Source: an uncultured virus (IMG/VR IMGVR_UViG_3300008219_000006) | Taxonomy: Duplodnaviria; Heunggongvirae; Uroviricota; Caudoviricetes | DNA: 20,000 bases | IMG/VR virus record: IMGVR_UViG_3300008219_000006 | Strand: one strand, 5' to 3' | Shown: one piece after another, positions 16,512 to 20,000 of the stretch | Layout of the letters: each line of letters starts with the position of its first letter | How positions within the stretch are numbered: the first letter of the stretch is position 1 | Translations under genes and position numbers: made by a program | The notes under the pieces: model-generated | Told to the model about the DNA's origin: nothing | Seen by the model: the letters and a program-made list of their open reading frames with translations, nothing else | Database searches by the model: none

Positions 16512-18305
16512 ATGAAGAAATTCATAGTTATGCTTGAGGCTCTGCCCAAGCGTTATCGGGAACCTCTGGTCGCCTTCGGGTTGACTAAGTTCATCACCCT
16601 TCGTATTCAGCTACGTAGGGACAACCGCAGTATCCATCAGATCATTGATCAGATGCGAGAACAGGTTGGTCTGTCTAACTTTGGTTACTCTTTGAGTCTT
16701 GATGACTTGAAGAAGGCCGAGTTGGCGATTTGCGCTGGTGATGCCGTACTTCCTTCGACTGATCGTATGGAGGGGTACGTTTTGGAATCACCGCACGTAG
16801 TTGGTCGGGACGATTCAAGGCGATCCGTCATGAGTCGTAACGGTAATGCTCAAGTTCCTAAGCGTGTGACGAACGCACTTAACTATCTCGGTAGTGTGGG
16901 TTTTGATATCCACCCTGAGATGGAGCACCTTCTTCTGGATAATAAGGAGAAGTGGTTGTGCGATCAGACCAAGCCGTTGTATCTTGAGCTGGAGCGAATT
17001 GAGGATTGGGATAAGTTCTTCCTAACCTCCTACCTCGATTGGAGAGGTCGCTTCTACGCAGGTTCTGGTATCCTGTCTTATCAAGGAGATGCCACTAATC
17101 GTGGGTTGGTCTGCTTTGCAGATCCATCTCCTTTCTCCGATAAGCAATGGGATTCCATTCGTACTTTCCTTCGTGGAGAGTATGGTGTCGCTCCCGATGT
17201 TCTCTCGTTTGCTTCTGAGGACTATACTCTTAAGCAACAGGCAGGATGGCTAGCACAAACAGATCGCACATTTGCCGAGCGATATATTGTGCAGCTCGAT
17301 ACCCACAGTTCTGGTCCACTTATGGTGGCTCTCATGATGAGAGACGAGCGTTTGTTGCGTGTCATCCTAACTTCAGACTTTTATATGGCGTTCCTTAAGC
17401 CGTATATGGAGTCTGGCACATCTTGGGCCAAGAGGCTGAGTGCTATATCTGAGGACGAAACTAGAGATCAGGTTGCTAAGCCCTGTGGTATTAACACCAT
17501 GTATGGGACAGCGGCTGATGCTCTGGCATATTCGTATGCAGGATTGACAATCAACGGTGTTACGCCTGAGATGTCTATCCTTGATTCTGGCAGCAAAAGT
17601 GATCCTAAGCCCGGTTTGGTGTCACTCCTTGAAACTGGAGTGGTTCTTGAATCGAATCTATCTTGGGAGATCCAACCCTGTCTTCGTCCTTACTTGATGA
17701 GTCTGTCCGTTTCTGAACGGTTACGACAGCTCTGCTACCTCGCAAGAGATATGCAGAACGCACTCTTCAGTGAGTTTCCCTCCATTAGGGTTTATCTCAA
17801 CACACTCTCTGGTGCTGCTAATAGCTGGTGGAAGAATACGCAAACTTCTTTCAGTTTCCAGCACCCTCTTGATAAGAATATCATCATCAAGCCTTTCCCG
17901 CACAAGCGTACTGATGTGCCTGTAAAGGATTATATTGATATTCGTGTCCTTTCCAAACGGCTCCGTAGGAACTTGTGTCCAATGGAGTTTGGTCGAGGTC
18001 GAGTCTCTGCGTGTGCGCCTTGCTTCACACACATGATTGATGCCGTGATCGTGACCCTTGTGGTTAACGAGTGCGAGCGAATGGATATTCCTATCGCTCC
18101 TATACACGACTCCTTCGGTGTGCCGATAGCTTATGTTGATGTTGTTAAAGACATCTTCAAGCAAGTCGTGATCTGGATGTTCACTGAGAATGATTATCTA
18201 GGTGACTTCTGCAAGGCTCATGACAAGACCCTCCCTGAGCGGTCTAGTCTTTCCGAGTTTGACATTGAAAGTCTGCTCGATGAGCTTCCATCCTGTATAG
18301 GGTGA
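16512..18305 (+). CDS. Compact T7/T3-type single-subunit DNA-directed RNA polymerase (597 aa)
   Basis: AAGGAG SD before ATG 16512. YLDWRGRFY (Asp 17037), QGDATNRGLVCFA, motif A QLDTHSSGPLMVALMMRDE (Asp 17298), DFY, motif B RDQVAKPCGINTMYG (17463-17507), APCFTHMIDA (cf. T7 APNFVHSQDG), motif C IHDSFG (18102-18119). Confidence 0.93.
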   Translation: MKKFIVMLEALPKRYREPLVAFGLTKFITLRIQLRRDNRSIHQIIDQMREQVGLSNFGYSLSLDDLKKAELAICAGDAVLPSTDRMEGYVLESPHVVGRDDSRRSVMSRNGNAQVPKRVTNALNYLGSVGFDIHPEMEHLLLDNKEKWLCDQTKPLYLELERIEDWDKFFLTSYLDWRGRFYAGSGILSYQGDATNRGLVCFADPSPFSDKQWDSIRTFLRGEYGVAPDVLSFASEDYTLKQQAGWLAQTDRTFAERYIVQLDTHSSGPLMVALMMRDERLLRVILTSDFYMAFLKPYMESGTSWAKRLSAISEDETRDQVAKPCGINTMYGTAADALAYSYAGLTINGVTPEMSILDSGSKSDPKPGLVSLLETGVVLESNLSWEIQPCLRPYLMSLSVSERLRQLCYLARDMQNALFSEFPSIRVYLNTLSGAANSWWKNTQTSFSFQHPLDKNIIIKPFPHKRTDVPVKDYIDIRVLSKRLRRNLCPMEFGRGRVSACAPCFTHMIDAVIVTLVVNECERMDIPIAPIHDSFGVPIAYVDVVKDIFKQVVIWMFTENDYLGDFCKAHDKTLPERSSLSEFDIESLLDELPSCIG

Positions 18306-18310
18306 AGCCC

Positions 18311-18346
18311 AGCCCTCTCTACCTTAGCGGGTAGGGAGGTGCTTTT
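18311..18346 (+). terminator. Rho-independent terminator after the RNAP gene
   Basis: CCTCTCTACCT-TAGC-GGGTAGGGAGG followed by TGCTTTT, just after the TGA ending at 18305. Confidence 0.65.
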
Positions 18347-18396
18347 GCTCACAGAACGTCTGTGAGTGTCTTTGTCCCTTTTCTTAGGAGGTTGCT

Positions 18397-18843
18397 ATGA
18401 AAAGCAACAAATCAATCCTTCTTAAAAGTCAAGAAGGATATTCAATGGTGTGCTTCACTATCAAGCCATCCTCGAACATGGTAACGGTTACCAAGACGCG
18501 AAAGCCCTTGGTTACCATCCCATTGTTTGATCTGGCTAGCCGTGTGAAGGAGGAACTCTCCCTTGGTTTCAAGATTGAGGAAGTTCCGTCTAGTCTGCGG
18601 CACTTTGAGGCTGACACCATTAACTACCAGTACGATATCGAGGGTATGGTAACGATGTGGGCTAATATAGAAGAGATTCTATGTAATTCTCTCATATCTT
18701 CCTATACTCTTGGGGTCAAGGGTGGTGACTTTGGGTTAGCTAAGAAAGCTTTCTTTGATACTTTCAATGCACATCACAAAGGCTCTAAGACTCTTCGTAT
18801 TCGTAGTGGATTAGCTGACGCTCGCTATACGCGGATCAGTTGA
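18397..18843 (+). CDS. Hypothetical protein (148 aa)
   Basis: Strong SD AGGAGG(T) just upstream of ATG 18397; followed by a hairpin. No motif recognised. Confidence 0.85.
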   Translation: MKSNKSILLKSQEGYSMVCFTIKPSSNMVTVTKTRKPLVTIPLFDLASRVKEELSLGFKIEEVPSSLRHFEADTINYQYDIEGMVTMWANIEEILCNSLISSYTLGVKGGDFGLAKKAFFDTFNAHHKGSKTLRIRSGLADARYTRIS

Positions 18844-18849
18844 TCTCAG

Positions 18850-18883
18850 GGGCTTACACCTCTTACCAGAGGGTAGGTCCTTT
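18850..18883 (+). terminator. Terminator-like hairpin with TACC loop
   Basis: GGGCTTAC-A-CCTCT-TACC-AGAGG-GTAGGTCC followed by TTT, just after the stop at 18843. Confidence 0.55.
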
Positions 18884-18887
18884 CCAG

Positions 18888-19082
18888 TCTCGCCTTCGGC
18901 GGGAACAACCTTCGGTTTCAACCTTCGGTTCAACCTTCGGTTCAACCCTTCGTACTACCGGAACTTCGTACCTGATTCCCTTCGGGCTCCATTCTCCGGC
19001 CCTTCGTGCCTCTCAGGCTTCGCCTCAGGGCTTTCAGCCCCTCGGAGGTCCTTCGGACCCCCCTAGGAACGCTTCGCTTAGG
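18888..19082 (-). repeat. Array of about 11 mini-hairpins with TTC (+ strand) / GAA (- strand) triloops, including three tandem CAACCTTCGGTT copies
   Basis: CGCC-TTC-GGCG, AACC-TTC-GGTT x3, GGAAC-TTC-GTACC, CCC-TTC-GGG, GGCCC-TTC-GTGCC, AGGC-TTC-GCCT, GGGCT-TTC-AGCCC, GGTCC-TTC-GGACC, GC-TTC-GC. Confidence 0.85.
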
Positions 19083-19231
19083 AACGATTCTCTGGTCAGG
19101 AGCGGGGACCCCCGCGTTTATGGGAACCCCTGCTTTTTTCCCATCAACCTTGCGCCGTCCACCGGAGCTGTTGGACATCCAACCATCTTTGGTAAGTCCA
19201 AGGTCAGCTCCTCGTGTACGGCTATGTGAAG

Positions 19232-19352
19232 CGAAGAGGGAGATGTTATGGCATATTAGTGCTAAAATCTTAAGGAATTACTCCAAAGCGTAATGCGGCT
19301 TAAGATTGATCAGTCCACCGACGCGAGGCTGACTTAACATCTCCTCTCTTCG
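19232..19352 (+). ncRNA. Candidate structured RNA (four-way junction), family unknown
   Basis: 17-bp closing stem CGAAGAGGGAGATGTTA / TAACATCTCC-T-CTCTTCG enclosing three hairpins (19249-19264, 19266-19307, 19310-19332) in a gene-free interval. Confidence 0.45.
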
Positions 19353-19410
19353 GGGATCAGCTCTCTATTGTGGCTCGATATAGCAGGGAACAGTAGAGAG
19401 CCGATCCCTG
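19351..19410 (+). promoter_or_regulatory. Long imperfect RNA hairpin, candidate RNase III site
   Basis: CGGGGATC-A-GCTCTCTATTGT ... ACAGTAGAGAGC-C-GATCCCTG: about 20 bp with G.U pairs and one mismatch, upstream of the 19459 gene. Confidence 0.5.
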
Positions 19411-19458
19411 CAGAGATTTAAATTCATTTAGCTTTAACCGATCTAGGGAGGATCAATC

Positions 19459-19683
19459 ATGACTCAAATCGTCATAGAAATCTACCACCCATACTCCGTT
19501 GCTGTTCAATGCGATGGTGACTGGGACTGTTATAACTGCCTAACGGAGGCAGCTGAAGTAGCAAAGGGCTACATGATGGAGCACCCAGATGCCTCCATCG
19601 AAATCGTGAACTCATTTGCCACGAACGAGTGGCAACAACGAAAGTGGCGGCGAAGGCTCGCCAGAGAGGAAGTCATATCATGA
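19459..19683 (+). CDS. Hypothetical protein (74 aa)
   Basis: GGAGGA SD 6 nt before ATG 19459; its stop overlaps the next start (ATGA). Confidence 0.8.
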   Translation: MTQIVIEIYHPYSVAVQCDGDWDCYNCLTEAAEVAKGYMMEHPDASIEIVNSFATNEWQQRKWRRRLAREEVIS

Positions 19684-19940
19684 CTCAACTAGACAAGTTC
19701 CGTAATGCGGAACAATACAAGGACACGATTCTTCGTGGAATCGCGCTCAACCCCAAGGCAGGAACTGCCCGTGGCAATGCCAAGGAAGTCTTGTCTGAAC
19801 GAGGTGTAACCCTCGAAAGCGTAGTCGAGAAGGACTACAGTACTCTGGACGAAGGACAGCTGGAAAACATCATCAGCATGGAACATTCCAGAGAAGCAAC
19901 GAAGGCTGCTGCTCAAACTGAGCTTGACAGTCGAAACTAA
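19680..19940 (+). CDS. Hypothetical protein (86 aa)
   Basis: ATG 19680 in an ATGA overlap with the upstream stop, GAGGA upstream, in frame with the listed ORF 19629..19940; followed by a terminator. Confidence 0.8.
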   Translation: MTQLDKFRNAEQYKDTILRGIALNPKAGTARGNAKEVLSERGVTLESVVEKDYSTLDEGQLENIISMEHSREATKAAAQTELDSRN

Positions 19941-19955
19941 AGAAGGCTAAGAGCG

Positions 19956-19986
19956 GAGGGGTGAAATTCCCCTCTTTTCTTTTTTC
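19956..19986 (+). terminator. Rho-independent terminator
   Basis: GAGGGG-TGAAATT-CCCCTC followed by TTTTCTTTTTT. Confidence 0.85.
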
Positions 19987-20000
19987 TCGAATATAAATAG

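Noticed and set aside
17022..18620. Minus-strand ORFs inside the RNAP gene and the 18397 gene
   Set aside because: Antisense shadows of well-supported plus-strand genes.
18906..18952. CAACCTTCGGTT tandem repeats as a CRISPR array
   Set aside because: The units are 12-13 bp, contiguous and without spacers, and there are no cas genes in the window.
18891..19060. Reading the CTTCGG motifs as RNA cUUCGg tetraloops
   Set aside because: With a 4-nt loop most stems mispair after the closing pair (e.g. AACC-TTCG-GTT, GGTCC-TTCG-GACC), whereas a 3-nt TTC loop gives perfect stems.
18840..19293. ORFs 18840..19229 (+), 19006..19293 (+) and 18942..19178 (-)
   Set aside because: They run across a terminator-like stem and the hairpin array, translate to low-complexity P/S/G/R-rich sequence and lack SDs; more likely non-coding.
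14866..19452. CTAGGGAG at ~14877, ~16234 and ~19443 resembling the T7 promoter initiation region (TATAGGGAGA)
   Set aside because: The upstream sequences are not conserved among the three copies and the last doubles as an SD, so no phage promoter consensus can be supported.

Overview
Bacteriophage DNA, most likely a podovirus-like (T7/N4-grade) tailed phage; all credible genes are on the + strand. Bases 1-14765 are the 3' part of one giant AT-rich gene (>4900 aa, open to the left edge, no cysteine seen). It looks like a virion-ejected polyvalent protein carrying a GrpE-like module, a divergent T7/N4-type single-subunit RNA polymerase core (motif C not found), a DEDDy 3'-5' exonuclease, a zincin (HExxGH) metallopeptidase and a T7 gp16-like C-terminus. 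A CTAGG-repeat/AT-palindrome junction (~14770-14960), a candidate genome end or origin, is followed by a more GC-rich early-like region. That region holds small ORFs (one a zinc finger apparently starting at ATA), a second, unusually compact (~597 aa) T7-type RNA polymerase with all catalytic motifs, many intergenic hairpins, an array of about 11 TTC/GAA-triloop mini-hairpins (18888-19082) and a candidate four-way-junction RNA. The main candidate novel system is a two-polymerase scheme: an injected giant RNAP-nuclease-protease protein, a minimal RNAP, and a triloop hairpin array resembling N4 virion-RNAP promoters. All domain calls are by-eye motif matches, not database results.
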